64,000 nt of DNA from an uncultured delta proteobacterium (GTDB taxonomy: Bacteria; Desulfobacterota; Desulfobacteria; Desulfobacterales; JAHEIW01): NCBI GenBank assembly GCA_963706575.1, contig CAVPNL010000018.1:64001-128000 (forward strand), written 5' to 3'. Position 1 is the stretch's first letter. Each line of letters begins with the position of its first letter. The translations under genes were made by a program, and so were the position numbers. The notes below the pieces were generated by a model that saw nothing but the letters and a program-made list of their open reading frames with translations, ran no database searches and was not told where the DNA came from. Shown piece after piece: positions 1-12,192 of the stretch.

Positions 1-450
1 AGTTGCAATCTCTTCATCGGATAGTTGACAAACATTTTCTTCTGCGGATACACCAAGGCTCTGCACCGATTCCAGGGCTTGATCGAGAGCATTTTTAAGC
101 TCCGAAAATCTCAGGTTCAGTTTTTTAACCGGAGGCGCATTCTCTTCACCTTTCTTGACAAGTTTTTCAAGATTCACCGCAGCAGCCTGCAGGTCTGTGG
201 CCGCAAGGTTGCCGCCCAACCCTTTGAGATTGTGTACCAGACTGTGGGCTTGATCAAAATCCGCGGCATCAAGCGCCTGCCGAATTTCATTTGCTACCGT
301 GTTGTAGTCGGTAGCAAAACTCAAAAGCAACTTCCGATAAAGTTTTTTGTTTCCTTGCAATCGCTTTAATCCATCTGTCAGATCAAATCCCGACAAAGAT
401 TCCGGAAGTTCATCTTCTGCCGATGCCGCCTTCAATCTGGGTGGCTCCAT
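1..450 (-). CDS. Hpt (histidine phosphotransfer) domain protein, runs off the window start
   Basis: Manual translation from ATG at 450: MEPPRLKAASAEDELPESLSGFDLTDGLKRLQGNKKLYRKLLLSFATDY...AHSLVHNLKGLGGNLAA; H-x-LKG Hpt motif. Not in the ORF track because it has no stop inside the window. Confidence 0.7.
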   Translation of the reverse strand, partial: MEPPRLKAASAEDELPESLSGFDLTDGLKRLQGNKKLYRKLLLSFATDYNTVANEIRQALDAADFDQAHSLVHNLKGLGGNLAATDLQAAAVNLEKLVKKGEENAPPVKKLNLRFSELKNALDQALESVQSLGVSAEENVCQLSDEEIAT

Positions 451-799
451 CCTGAAATAATTCCTGCCACTTTAAACTGACCGCTGCCTCCACGGATAGA
501 GTGGCCGTTGTATAACTGCCGAATTCTTTTGCCACCCTTTTACATTAAACCAGCCTGCGGCGCTATCATGAATATTGGCAGAAAGTTCGAAACCACTCCT
601 TTTATAACGCGGTATCTGTTCTCTGTCCTAGCGGCCCGGATAGGCTGGATCAAAGGGCTTCTATCCAGAATAGCTTTGCATGCAGCGATTTCTGCACTCA
701 GCTTTTCGGTAGTCTGAAAACATCTGGGTGCCGGTGTCTTCACGGCTTTTGCCCCCTATTTTCATCTTTTAACCTGGGTTGGTGTGAATCTGCGCTCGC

Positions 800-1571
800 T
801 TAATTGTCGATCAAAAATTCCCGATGCACATTATACAGTTTGCGAACGAACGTGTATTCAAAAGGAGACCCGGTCATGAAGTAGCGAAACGATTCTTTGT
901 GCCGTTTGTCGATCGCGTAAAGACCCGTGAGGCTCCAATACAAGATGTCCTCATCACTGTCGTCCATGTCCAGCTCTGCGATGAGCTGCTTCACCATCCA
1001 GCTGTAAACAATGCGTGTCCACCACCAGACCGCCGGTGTCCCGCAGGTTGGACGGCCCCAATATGGGCAGCACCAGATAGGGGCCGGGGCCCAGACCGTA
1101 AAATCCCAGCGTCTGGCCGAAATCCTCGTTCTCACGCTTGATGCCTTCATAGGTGGCCACGTCGATGAGCCCCCCCACACCGACGGTCGTGTTGAATGCC
1201 ACCCGGCCGATGGTGTTGACGACTTTAACGATCTTGAACTGCAAGAGCGAGTTCATCAGGTTGGTGATTTCGGTCAGGTTATTGAAAAAATTGCTGACCC
1301 CGGTCTGCGCCAAAGCCGGCAGGAAAAACTCATACACCCGCACGACCGGCAGAAAGACGTATTGGTCGAAGATGGCGTTGAAGTTGTAGATCCGGCGGTT
1401 CATCGGCTCCCAGGGGTCGTAGACGTAGAAGCCCTGTTGCTCTTTGGGCAGGTCCTGTTCCGGCATGGTGCGCCTGGCGGGGATGATCGGCTCCTGCTGC
1501 ACCGGTGCGGTGGCGCAGCCGGCCATAATAACCAAAAAAATGAGCAGCGTCAGATTGATAGCGCGCTTCAT
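800..1571 (-). CDS. mlaA: VacJ/MlaA family lipoprotein (one frameshift near 1013)
   Basis: Lipobox MAGC; motifs YDPWEPMNRRIYNFN, EDFGQTLG, GPYLVLPILGPSNLRD; C-terminus continues in the 800..1180 frame. Confidence 0.85.
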
Positions 1572-1576
1572 GGATA

Positions 1577-2876
1577 TTATCCTTTCAATATCTTGAAGAA
1601 ATTGAGCATGTCCGCGACATTTTCCGTGTAGCTCATGTTGCCGCAGTGACCGCCGTAGGGGTAAATTTTGGCCCGGGATCCGAACACGTCCTTCAAAAAG
1701 GCCAGATCCTGCGGGGTCAGGATCAGATCGTCCTCGTTGCCCATCAGCCCGATCTTGGGGCTGGTGCGCAGGTAGTCCTCGATGTGGCGCAGGCTGTCGA
1801 TCTCGATCGCCCTCTCCTGGGTGAGCTCGGGGTATTTGGCCTTGTAATACGGGAACAGAAGCTCGTCGAAATAGTCGACGAAAGTGGTCGTGCTGGTGAG
1901 CCTGAAGTAGTCGTAGAGTGAATCCGCGGCCTTCAGCTTCAGGTTCTTGGGAACGATCAGCCCGGCGTTGGTCATCACATCGGAGGTGAAAATCATGTTG
2001 TTGGACGAGATCCGGAACGCGGTGCCGATCATGGTGGCCAGGTTCTCCCGCTTGGGCGGCTGGTCCTTGGGCATGGTCCGGTAGACTTCGTAGAGGAAGT
2101 CGTGGCTGAGGTCGACTCGACCCATCGTCTTGTAGACTTCGGAGAACCGGCCCAGAGACTCGCTCGAGCCAGGCGCTCCAATCCTGCAGCCCGCCGGGCA
2201 GCGCGGCCAGAATCATCTCGTCCAGGATCTTGGCCGAGGTGTACAGGCTCACCGGCGGGTTGATCACCAGCACCTTCTTGAAGTTGAAGCTGCGCCTCTC
2301 CTCGTCCAGCTTGGAAACAAAGGCCGCCTCGGCTCCCCCCAGGCTGTAGCCGGTCAGGTAGAACTCCGAGACCTTGATGCGTCCCTTGACCTGCTCCCAG
2401 GCCATCGTCCATCACCCGGTACAGATCCTCGGCGTCCTTGATGATGTTGCCCGGCAGGCTCGTCTTGGATGCGGTGGTGATGAAATTCATGCTAGGTGGG
2501 CGAGGAGAGGCAGATCACGTGAAAGCCGGCCTGGTAGAAAATCCTTCTGAAAAAAGATCATGTTCGAGGAGTAAAAACTGCTGCCGGTGCCGGCAATCAC
2601 GAAAATCAGCGGTGCTTCGCACTTTCTGGTAGGTCAGCGAATAGCGGAACTCCCTCTGGTAACAGAAGACATCGCGGGATGACGCGTTCGGGGAACACCT
2701 TGAAGCTCAGCATCTTATAGTCGATCTTCTCCGGCAGCTTCGGCTGGAACTCCGACGGGGTGCCGATAACCGTCGCCAGGTAGGGATCCTTCAACGGGTA
2801 GTCGTAGGCATCCGCATGGCTCCAGGCACCCCCCATCAGAAAGATAATAAACATAAAACCATGAAAAACGTTTCAC
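1577..2876 (-). CDS. Secreted alpha/beta-hydrolase-fold protein (several frameshifts)
   Basis: Pieces in successive frames: signal-like N-terminus and YDYPLKDPYLATVIGTP, nucleophile elbow GYSLGG, C-terminal GGHCGN; AAGGAGG precedes GTG at 2876. Confidence 0.6.
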
Positions 2877-3108
2877 GGGGCCTCCTTTCATATTTTCATC
2901 TTTGTATTCCGACTATTGCCGAGTTGCGCTCAGCGTTTACTCTTTGTACAAAAAAATACATTTTTACGGCTACTGCCGCTATGAATGCCCTATAATCAGA
3001 CGCGGGTAAAAATCGATGCTAATTGCAACCTATCCCGGTTTTCACCCTTTTGGGGGTAGTGCCCGACTGTTTCCGCCTGAATTCGTAATCCTCAAAGTTC
3101 AGATCGCG

Positions 3109-4329
3109 TCACCAGACGTATTTTCCCACAACAGCCTGGAGTTCTGCCAGCGGACCGAGCTTGAACGGCGTTACAACCTCTTCGCTCACAGTAATATCCT
3201 TTTCGAGTTGCTCTCGCAGTTTCCTCATAAAGAGAGTTGTGGAAGCTCCGTGAACGAATAGGGTAATCTCTTCGCTGGTGAGCATGCTTCGCGGCGTGAG
3301 GTTCGCCGACCCGATGGCAACTATCCGGTCGTCTGTCATAATCACCTTGGCGTGGGACATATGCGGATACAGGAGAACCCTCGGAACCTTTCCCGATTCC
3401 GAGTCCAGCAGCCGGTTAATCGTTGCCATGTTGGCATAGAGGTGGGTGTCAGGGACTTTCGGCAATATAATCTCCACCCGGACGCCTCTGGCAGCAGCCT
3501 TCTTGACCGCTTCGATAACCTTGTCATCGGAGAAATATGCATGCTCCATCACAATCCTCTGCTTGGCATTTTGGATTATCTCTATCGTTGCAGTGCGGAT
3601 CTCTGTTTCCTTGTTGTTATTGACGGTCAGCACCAGTGGAGAAGAGACCCGCCATCGAGAACGTTCCAGAACCTTTTTTGTGAAGGCTTCCGTCCAGAAT
3701 TTGCCTCGAAGCAAGACCATGAAGTCATGCCACTGCAGGCGGTATTCATCGGCAATGTTCATCCCGCCGAAGATCACGCTCCGCTCATCAAAAATGCAGT
3801 ACTTACTATGATCCGTGTCTGCTAACAGATCGGTAACCACCTGGATATTTTCATAACCCTTCAAACCGGTCCTGGTGAATACGGGGCTCGGTTTGCCCTT
3901 GATCATATCACCGAGTTCGAAAAACGTTCCCAAAGTATCTTTTCTAACGGCAACCCGAACACCTCGGTCGGCAGCAGCCTTGAGCTTCTCTACCACCGCC
4001 TTCCCGGTGCTGTCATCCTTCCAAATGTAAGTCTGGATGTACACGGATGATTCAGCAGAATCGATCAATGCAAAGATCTCTTTGAAAGCCTCTTTCCCGT
4101 CTACCAGGAGTTCCAGCTCGCTCAAATCTTGAGCAGGATTTGCGAAGAATTCCGGCGACAATACAGTCGCAGGTTCCGGACCCAGCCCCAGCGGATTGAA
4201 GACGAAAAAAAACAGGGCAACCGTCAGCAAAAGGGCCAGGATACCCGAAAAAACAGAAATTTTTTTAGGCACCGTCATGGGCAAGTTTTCTCTCCATCGG
4301 CTCGACAGACCCGATATGTCAGATGACAT
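3109..4329 (-). CDS. Phospholipase D / cardiolipin synthase-like protein (start may be 4278)
   Basis: Two HxKxxxxD motifs (HSKYCIFD, HAKVIMTD) with GGMNIA and GSANL; N-terminal TM helix. Confidence 0.85.
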   Translation of the reverse strand: MSSDISGLSSRWRENLPMTVPKKISVFSGILALLLTVALFFFVFNPLGLGPEPATVLSPEFFANPAQDLSELELLVDGKEAFKEIFALIDSAESSVYIQTYIWKDDSTGKAVVEKLKAAADRGVRVAVRKDTLGTFFELGDMIKGKPSPVFTRTGLKGYENIQVVTDLLADTDHSKYCIFDERSVIFGGMNIADEYRLQWHDFMVLLRGKFWTEAFTKKVLERSRWRVSSPLVLTVNNNKETEIRTATIEIIQNAKQRIVMEHAYFSDDKVIEAVKKAAARGVRVEIILPKVPDTHLYANMATINRLLDSESGKVPRVLLYPHMSHAKVIMTDDRIVAIGSANLTPRSMLTSEEITLFVHGASTTLFMRKLREQLEKDITVSEEVVTPFKLGPLAELQAVVGKYVW

Positions 4330-4510
4330 GAAAGAATTGGTCAGCGATGTCCTGATATTTGGCGCCTATAACATAGGCTCAAAGTTTTAGCGGAACTCCT
4401 CATAGATTGAAAAACCAACACTTTTCTCCTAAATCTTGTAATAAAGTACTGTCAAATCATCTTTGTCAAAAGGCAATTTTCAGCATTTTCTATTTGTCCG
4501 TTAAGCGCCA

Positions 4511-4720
4511 TTAAAACTTATAAAATACAAGAATCCCGCCGCTGAATTGATTCGCATCGCCCTCATCGTCGACCACCGGGCTGTCTTCAGCATCGCCTAA
4601 AAGGTGCTTGTAGCTTAACAGGCCCATGAACCCCCACTGCTCCCAGGGTTTATATGAAGCCGTAAAGAATGTCGAAATTTCTGCCAACAGCCTCTCGAAT
4701 CGCAAAGATTCGTTTCTGCA
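4511..4720 (-). pseudogene. Chimeric remnant: sensor-linker fragment joined to a MipA/OmpV-like beta-barrel C-terminus
   Basis: ESLRFERLLAEISTFF followed by WGFMGLLSYKHLLGDAEDSPVVDDEGDANQFSGGILVFYKF, ending in a terminal Phe. Confidence 0.45.
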
Positions 4721-4989
4721 TGCGAATTGATTTCTATGGCAGCCACATGGTCCTCTCATATTTGTGAGACGAAAAGAAACCGCGTCTCGTAAGCACCAAA
4801 TTTTGAGCGTAGCCGCGCAAAAATACTGTAGCCTGTACTCGCTACCCGGCATACAGCCATGATTTTCAGATCAGCATCGCTTCGGTTAGAAGCTATACCA
4901 CAGCGATCACAGCGTTTTCAAGCCATTTCAACAGTTTAGGTTGATAAACCGGGCCGAGAGGTCGGTCAACAATCCCTTTTGCATGCGCC

Positions 4990-5110
4990 GAAGACGGTGG
5001 CAGGAATCCCATGCAGGTCACCACCTGGCTGGTTCGCAATACAGCCGGCGGAGTGATTGGTGGTGTTGAAATGATTCGGGATGTATCGTCGATGCTGGTA
5101 GATCTCTAAC
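4990..5110 (+). pseudogene. Remnant of a PAS/PAC domain
   Basis: Translates as IPMQVTTWLVRNTAGGVIGGVEMIRDVS (PAC-like); no intact ORF. Confidence 0.35.
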
Positions 5111-5264
5111 AAACCAAACAGATTCAATCTCACAACCTTGAACTGGATCTTACCCATTATCCACGTTTGCGGTTCTCGACGTTTTACATGCCTTTTGTGG
5201 AATTATTACAATTTCATATTATTTCAGAAATCCGCCATATTTGATAGCGCTTGAATTATCAGAT

Positions 5265-5338
5265 AGTAAAATACGAATTATTAAATAGTTTATAACTAAT
5301 TAATATTAATAGAAAAATTAGCATTTGTTACGTATAGC
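5265..5338 (+). repeat. AT-rich dispersed repeat, copy A (putative element end / att-like site)
   Basis: GAATTATTAAA...TAAC(C/T)AATTAATATTAATAGAAA...GC(A/G)TTTGTTACG shared with 25486-25562 and 40700-40783. Confidence 0.8.
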
Positions 5339-5461
5339 GTGAAATTGGGGGAGACTTAAAATATGTTAGATATGGTGATGCATGCTGCAAATTATATGGA
5401 GGGCGATGACCCATTGCGGCATACAAGTCGCTTTTGGCTAAAAAAATATTGCACCAATCGA

Positions 5462-6226
5462 TTATTTCGCATCCTTGGATAGCTCCGGATTGACTGACAT
5501 TAAAACAGCCCGCAGTTTCTGGATGTAGTCAGAGGGAAATGTCCAGATCGGCAATTCAGCATCTTTTTCCAGCCCGCGTTCAGCCGGTTTCAAATTATAC
5601 AGCAGCGAGAGCAGAATATCACTGCTGGCCCAGGGGCTCTTGCGGAAATAGGCATGACCATTTCCGGTTGCCGCCCCTTCAGCTTCGGTTACATTAATGA
5701 CATGCAGATTTTTGGCCTGACTCAAAAAATCCACCGTAACAGGGGAAATTTCGTGGTCTTGCGGCATCTGACCAAGCCGATCCCGCCGGAACAGCCATTT
5801 TGAAACACCCAGGGCCCGATCGGATTTCGACACATAAACCGAGAGGGTTTCGGGCACCTTCAGCAAGCCGTCAACCACATAAGCTCCAAAAAGCTGGCGG
5901 TCAAAATCACTGCCAACCAATATAACATGACCGATTCGTAGTTTATTTTGAATGCTTGATTTGTCCTGCTCAGTGTAAAGTAGAGCCAGCTGCAACAGTG
6001 TGTTGATAACCACCCGCGTACCGGCACTGTAACCGATGATATGGATGCGCTCGGCTTCCGTTTCTTCAACCAGGTATTTCAAAAATACTCGCAGATTATG
6101 AGCAGAGAGCTCGGCGGTTTCGATATCCGCAAAATAAGCCCATTTAATGGGGGTTGACGGCCAGGCATAAGCGATAAACACGCCATCATAGCCGAGAAAA
6201 TGCCACAATTCAGTTGCCACCAGCAA
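5462..6226 (-). pseudogene. Alpha/beta hydrolase (DUF900-like esterase), apparently N-terminally truncated
   Basis: FIAYAWPS, IHIIGYSAG (GxSxG) and GHAYF motifs; ORF begins mid-domain with no obvious RBS. Confidence 0.6.
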
Positions 6227-6314
6227 ACGGAAATATATCTGAATTTTAATGTTCAGCAGTTGCCCAATCCGGTTGCAAATTTTACATAAAATTCGTCATA
6301 TTAAATGCGAAAAG

Positions 6315-9300
6315 CTATCTTCTTTTCTCTGTCATCGGATCTCTGTCGACTGCCATCTGCCCTTCGTCTCCAGCTAATTGGGGCGCTTCTTCAACCCGCC
6401 GAAATCTGGCCACCACTGAATTTCTGACATCTCTGACAATTAAGTAGAGCGCCGGCACGTAAAGCAGCGTCAGTAAAGTTGCCGCCAGCAATCCAAAACA
6501 GATACTGATCGCCATCGGGATTAAAAATTGAGCCTGGAAACTGGTTTCCAATAGAATGGGTAAGAGTCCGGCGATGGTGGTGATGGAAGTCAGCAGAACC
6601 GGTCTGAATCTGGCCTTGCCGGATTCCACCACCGCTGTTTCAATATCGACACCGCTGCGCACCGCCCGATTGATGAAATCGATTAAAATCAGTGCGTCGT
6701 TGACCACAATTCCTGAAAGGGCCACAATTCCAAAAATACTGATGATGGTAAATTCCATTCCCATGACCAGGTGGCCGAAGACCGCCCCGATCAGACCGAA
6801 GGGAATTGCCATCATGATAATTACCGGCTGGATGTAAGAGCGGAACTGGCTGGCCAGCAGGAGAAAAATCCCCATCATCGCCAGTAGATATCCGGATTTC
6901 AGACTATCAATGGACTCTCCGGTGCGTTTCGCCTGGCCTTCCAGGTCAAAAGAGACGCCCGGATAACGCTCTACCAATTTGGGCAAAAAATTGGCTTTCA
7001 GGTCAGCCACAATCTGGCTGGCGTTGGCAGTGGTTTCATCAATATCCGATATCACCGTCACGGTTCTTTTGCGATCCACCCGATTGATGGTCGAATATGC
7101 CCGGCCGTGCGCGATATCGGCTACCTCTTCGATGGGAATTTCCTGGCCCGCGCTGGTCCGAATCCGCATTTCGTCAAACCCGGAAAGGCTGCTGCGCTGC
7201 TGATCCGCATATCGGACCATGACCTTGACATCATCCCGGCCACGCTGAATGCGCAGGGCCTCTTCGCCGTAAAAGGCCTGGCGAACCTGTCTGGCAAGCC
7301 CCCGCATGGTCACCCCGATGGAGCGCGCACCTTCTTTGACACGCAGCTTTTTCTCCTGCTTGCCGGGTCTAAAATTGTCGGAAATGTCATAGGTGCCGGG
7401 GTAGGTCTCGATTTCATTTTTGAGTTCATCGGCCGCCAGGCTGAGCTGGTCAAAATCGTCTCCGTTCAGTTGAATTTCAATTGCATTTCCGGCCGGCCCC
7501 CCTTCCAGCGTAAAAAACGCCAGGCGATCGATTCCGGGCAATTCGCCGACCTGACTGCGCCAGCGGTTCAGAATTTCATTTGTCGATATTTCCGGCCGTT
7601 CGCCGGAGGTCACCAATTCCACCCAGACCTCCCCGACATGGCTGCCGATTTGTGGGGGTTTCCAATCACGGCGCGGAATCAGTCCCACCAGGGCGAAGGT
7701 GTTTTGAACCAGATCACCGTTTTCCTCTGAGAACTCAGAAAATGCCGTATTCAAATCAAAGGCGTTTGTTTCCAGATGCTGAACGGCGGCTTCGGTCAAG
7801 CTGGCCGGGGTGCCCAGCGGGTAGTTGATTTCGGCGATGAGCCAATCGCTTTCGCCTTTTGGGAAAAAAACAAAGGGCACATATCCGCCGGCCACGATAC
7901 CGAGACTGATGATCAAAACACCGATGCCGATAGATAATGTAAAATATCGATTCTTGACGACATAATTTATGGCCGGTGAATAAATCCGCTTAATGGTGAA
8001 TTGCAGCAGTCCCTCGATGCGCTTTCGCAAACGTTCATGCCACGAATCCAACTTGCGCTTTTCGTTTCTCGGATTGCTTTAAGGCATGGTCCAGGTGGGC
8101 GGGAAGAATGATCAGGGCTTCGCCCAGGGATACGATTAAAATGATGATAACGGCCATGGGCATGACAGCGATGAATTTGCCCATGATGCCCGCAATAAAC
8201 ATCAACGGCAGAAAAGCAACCACCGTGGTTGAAACCGCCATGACAACCGGTCCGCCGACCTCCTTTAGGCCATCGATCACTGCCGCTGAAGGTGATTTGC
8301 CCCGATTATAGTGGGTATAGATGTTCTCACCCACAATAATGGCATCGTCCACCAGGATACCCAGGGTCATAATGAACGCAAACAGTGAGATCATATTGAC
8401 GGTTTGACCAAAGGCATTAAGCACCAGAAATGCCCCCATGAATGAAATGGGGATGCCGATGGCCACCCAGAAGGCCAGCCGGAAATTCAAAAACAGGGCC
8501 AACGCGATAAACACCAGCGTAATTCCCTGAAACCCGTTGCGCACCATTAAATCGATGCGATCGCGCACCAGGACTGACAGGTCGCCCCAGATGGCCAGAT
8601 CGATATCTTTGTTCATCTTATCGTTATGGGCTGCGACGTAGTTTCGCGCGATGTCGGCAATTTCAATGATATCCTGCTCGCTGGTGCGGCTGATCCGCAC
8701 AACCGCGGCCGGTTTGCCGTTAAAACGGGCCTTGATGTCGACATCTGTAAAACCATCGATCACGCTGGCAACCTGCCCGAGTTGCACCACGGTCCCATCC
8801 GCTAAGGTAATCAATGGGATGGCTTCAAATTCCTTGCCGGTATAAAGCTGGCCTTTGGATCTGACCAGAATCTCCCCCTGCGCGGTCTTGATCTTTCCTC
8901 CCGGCAGGTCAATACTGCCCGTTTGAACGGCGTTGACCACCTGGTCAAAGGAAAGTCCGTAGCGGCGCAGATTGTCTTCGGATACTTCAACCGCGATTTC
9001 ATAATCCCGCACGCCGACAAGTTCGATCTGGGTAATTACTTCGGGCTGCCTGAATTTTATTGCGGAAAAAAAACCTTGCTCGGTTGCAGATTTCATTTCC
9101 ATCTGAGAAACAATACGCGGATCCAGCAGATCGGCGCGGATTTTTTCAGCCGCTTGTCGCAGATCTCTTTCAGCAACATTCCCGAAAGCGGCAATATAAA
9201 TGGTCGGATCCCGGTTAATGATTTCAAGTACGAGCGGCTCTTCGGCTTCCTCGGGGAATGTGTCGATGCGATCGACTTCTGCTTTAATCTCATCCAGTAC

Positions 9301-9612
9301 TTTGGGGACATCCGTACCGGATTCAAGCTCCACCACGACTTCGCCATTGCCTTCGCGAGCGGTGGATATTATGCGGTCGATGCCTTCGATGCCCTCGATC
9401 TGCTCTTCAATTTTTATGCAGATACCCTCTTCCACCTCTTCCGGGCTGGACCCCGGGTAATCCACGCTGACAAAAATCATATCCAGCGCAAACTGAGGCA
9501 TCATTTCTCTTCGCATCTTCATCACCGTAAACAGCCCGGCCACGATGATAAAGACCATGACCAGATTAACGGTCACGCGATTTTTAATGGACCAATTGCC
9601 TAGTTTTTTCAT
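6315..9612 (-). CDS. AcrB/AcrD/AcrF family RND efflux permease (frameshift near 8050)
   Basis: GILVDDAIIVGENIY, GIVVNDALILID and RFRPVLLTSITT motifs across two overlapping ORFs. Confidence 0.9.
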
Positions 9613-9713
9613 GTTCTTTCGCTGCGCGAAGCATAGCGCAAAGCGCATGGCGCATAGCGTAGAATTTTTTACTGTAGGATCCTAACGCTATTCCCCATGC
9701 CCTATGCCATAAA

Positions 9714-10995
9714 CTATTTGACCCTAACGAGCATGCCTTCCGTGGCATCCGACAATGGGGTTTTGATAATGCGCTCGCCATCCGACAGCCCCTGACTGAC
9801 AATGACGGAATCTTTAAACGTTCGCAGGATATCGACGGACTTTATTTTCAGGCGATCACCTTCAACCGTATAAATTATATCTCCCGGATAAACCACATAC
9901 CGCGGGAGCACAAATGCTTGCTCGACGTCTTTGCCTTTAATCTTAACGGTGACAAACATTCCCGGCCTCAGGCGCAGTGCGTTTCTGTTTTCTCCGGAGT
10001 TTGATCTTGCGTCAACTTCGATGACAACCGGCAGGGTACGGGTTTTGTCATCCATCTCCGCTTTGACCCGGGACACACGCCCCTTCCAGGACTGCTGACG
10101 CGCCTTGATTTTCAAAAATCACTTCCGCCTCAATGCGGGCATCCGCATTCAACTCCGCCGGCAGCCATTTAAAATCCTTGACTGGAATCCGCACCTCGAT
10201 ATCCAGCTCGCCGGCGCTGTAAATCCGGCCCATGCTCTGTCCGATCGTCACATGTTGCCCGACTTCGATGGTTTTTTCGAGAACCCAGCCGTCAAAAGGA
10301 GCAACAAAAGCGGATCTTTCCAGATCCAGTTTGGCTTCCGCAAACATCACTTTGGTCATGTCCCGCTGGGCCAGCAACTGCTCTTTTTGCGGCCCTGTCA
10401 GGGCCAGCTGATTTTCAAGGGCCTGTAAACGCTCCCGGCTGGCCAGATATTGCTGCTCGGTCTTGTCCAGGGTCGACTGGGCGATGACCTTTCTATCGAT
10501 TAGTTTTTTCAATCTGAAATATTCACTTTTGGCGAGCGAAACATCTGATTTTGCGATTTTGATGCGCGCCTGCAGGTTCAAGACCTCCTGTTCAAGGCGT
10601 TTGATCTCTGCCTGGGCCTGCTTAATCTGCACGTTGCGGTGTTGCACTTCCAGTTCGTATGTCCGCGGATCAATCTGGATCAGCCGGGTTCCCCGGGTTA
10701 CAAAATTGCCTTCCGCAAAGGATGCGTCAGTGGCGGCAATCTGGCCACGAACTTCGGCAACCAGCAGCAGTGCTTCACGCGGTTTGACAGTGCCGTAAGC
10801 CTCGATGACCATCTGCACTTTTTCAGCCCTGGCCGCAAATACTTCGACCAGACGGCCCCTGTCTTCGACAACGCGCCGTTCGGCTTTGGGCCGCAGGATA
10901 ACCAGAACCGCAGCAATGATGATTGCGACCAGGATAACGACAAAAACCCGAATCGTCTTAAAGGTGGCCCCTTTTTTCATGACGCAAGACTCCAT
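9714..10995 (-). CDS. RND efflux membrane-fusion (periplasmic adaptor) protein (frameshift near 10113)
   Basis: N-terminal TM, coiled coil, APFDG and LRPGMFVTV motifs; directly upstream of the RND permease. Confidence 0.88.
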
Positions 10996-11217
10996 TGAAA
11001 GAATGGATTGATAATTACTTCAGACCGCTAATACTCTAAAATAGTTAATCGATATGGATTTTGCAACCGCTAAGCCTTTTCCGCCTGACGAGTTTTTATC
11101 ATAACTTCGTGAGAGCGACGATTAAATTCAATTTTAAAGATGGATAAAAAAAATAGCCGTCTGCTGGCACCATTCACACAGACGGCTACATAAAGACTCC
11201 CCCAATTTTAGAGATGA

Positions 11218-12192
11218 TTATTTACCTTCTTGGATTTTTTCAGTCAGGACCGGCACGAAATCAAGAAGATCTTCGACAACCCCGACATCCGCTACCTGAA
11301 AAATCGGCGCTTTGGGATTCTTATTCACCGCGACAATAAAAGGATTCCCTTTTAATCCGCCCAGATGCTGAAAGGATCCACTGATGCCAAGTGCCATGTA
11401 AACTTTGGGTTTAACCGTCTGACCTGAAGTCCCGACCTGACGCGGTTTTTCAAGCCATTTGGCATCAACGATCGGCCGGGAACAGGAAACAACACCTCCC
11501 ACGGCCTCAGCCAGTTCTTCAGCAATTTCAATGTTATCCTGATCCTCGATACCGCGGCCGATTGAAACCAGGATATCCTCTTTGGTAATGTCGACATCAC
11601 CGGCTTCGGCCGCTACGACTTCCAGAAACCGTCGACCAACCGTAAGCTCTCCGATTTCAGATGATTTATCGATCACCTGCCCGCCGGCCGACTGGCTTTC
11701 ATCCGGCTGAAATACACCCGGGCGAATGTTAATAACAGCACCGGAAACAATATCAGCGAGCACATGCGTGCTGACCTGCCCGCTGTATTCCTGGCGTATC
11801 ACTTTAAGATTGTCGCCTTCCATTCCCTCAAAGCCGACGACATCGGATACAAAAACCGAATCCAGCTTAATGGAAAGCCCGGGAGAAAGATCCATGCCGA
11901 ACGTATCATGCGGAACCAGCACAATGGCATCCGGGGGCAGAACAGCCGTCAGCAGCTTTCGAATGACTTCGGCATTGGGATAGGCCAGCGCCTCGTTATC
12001 AAACTTCCACACCTCCGCACAGGAGGCAGCCAGCTGATTGCAGACCGTATCCAAATCGGCACCGGACCCGGTAACGATTGCGGTTGCCGAACCATCCGGG
12101 TGGATTTTTTGGGCGGCTGAAATAAGTTCTAAAGCCGTATCATCGGCAACACCATCCTTATGTTCAATATATGCGAAAACCTGTGCGGCCAT
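11218..12192 (-). CDS. etfA: Electron transfer flavoprotein alpha subunit
   Basis: SRPIVDAKWL, RQVGTSGQTVKPKVYMALGISGSFQH. Confidence 0.95.
   Translation of the reverse strand: MAAQVFAYIEHKDGVADDTALELISAAQKIHPDGSATAIVTGSGADLDTVCNQLAASCAEVWKFDNEALAYPNAEVIRKLLTAVLPPDAIVLVPHDTFGMDLSPGLSIKLDSVFVSDVVGFEGMEGDNLKVIRQEYSGQVSTHVLADIVSGAVINIRPGVFQPDESQSAGGQVIDKSSEIGELTVGRRFLEVVAAEAGDVDITKEDILVSIGRGIEDQDNIEIAEELAEAVGGVVSCSRPIVDAKWLEKPRQVGTSGQTVKPKVYMALGISGSFQHLGGLKGNPFIVAVNKNPKAPIFQVADVGVVEDLLDFVPVLTEKIQEGK

Noticed and set aside
954..2405. 483-aa hydrolase-MlaA fusion
   Set aside because: Created by frameshifts; MlaA has its own start and lipobox at 1571.
5265..5338. Chromosomal dif site
   Set aside because: Does not match the 11-6-11 XerC/XerD layout and occurs three times.
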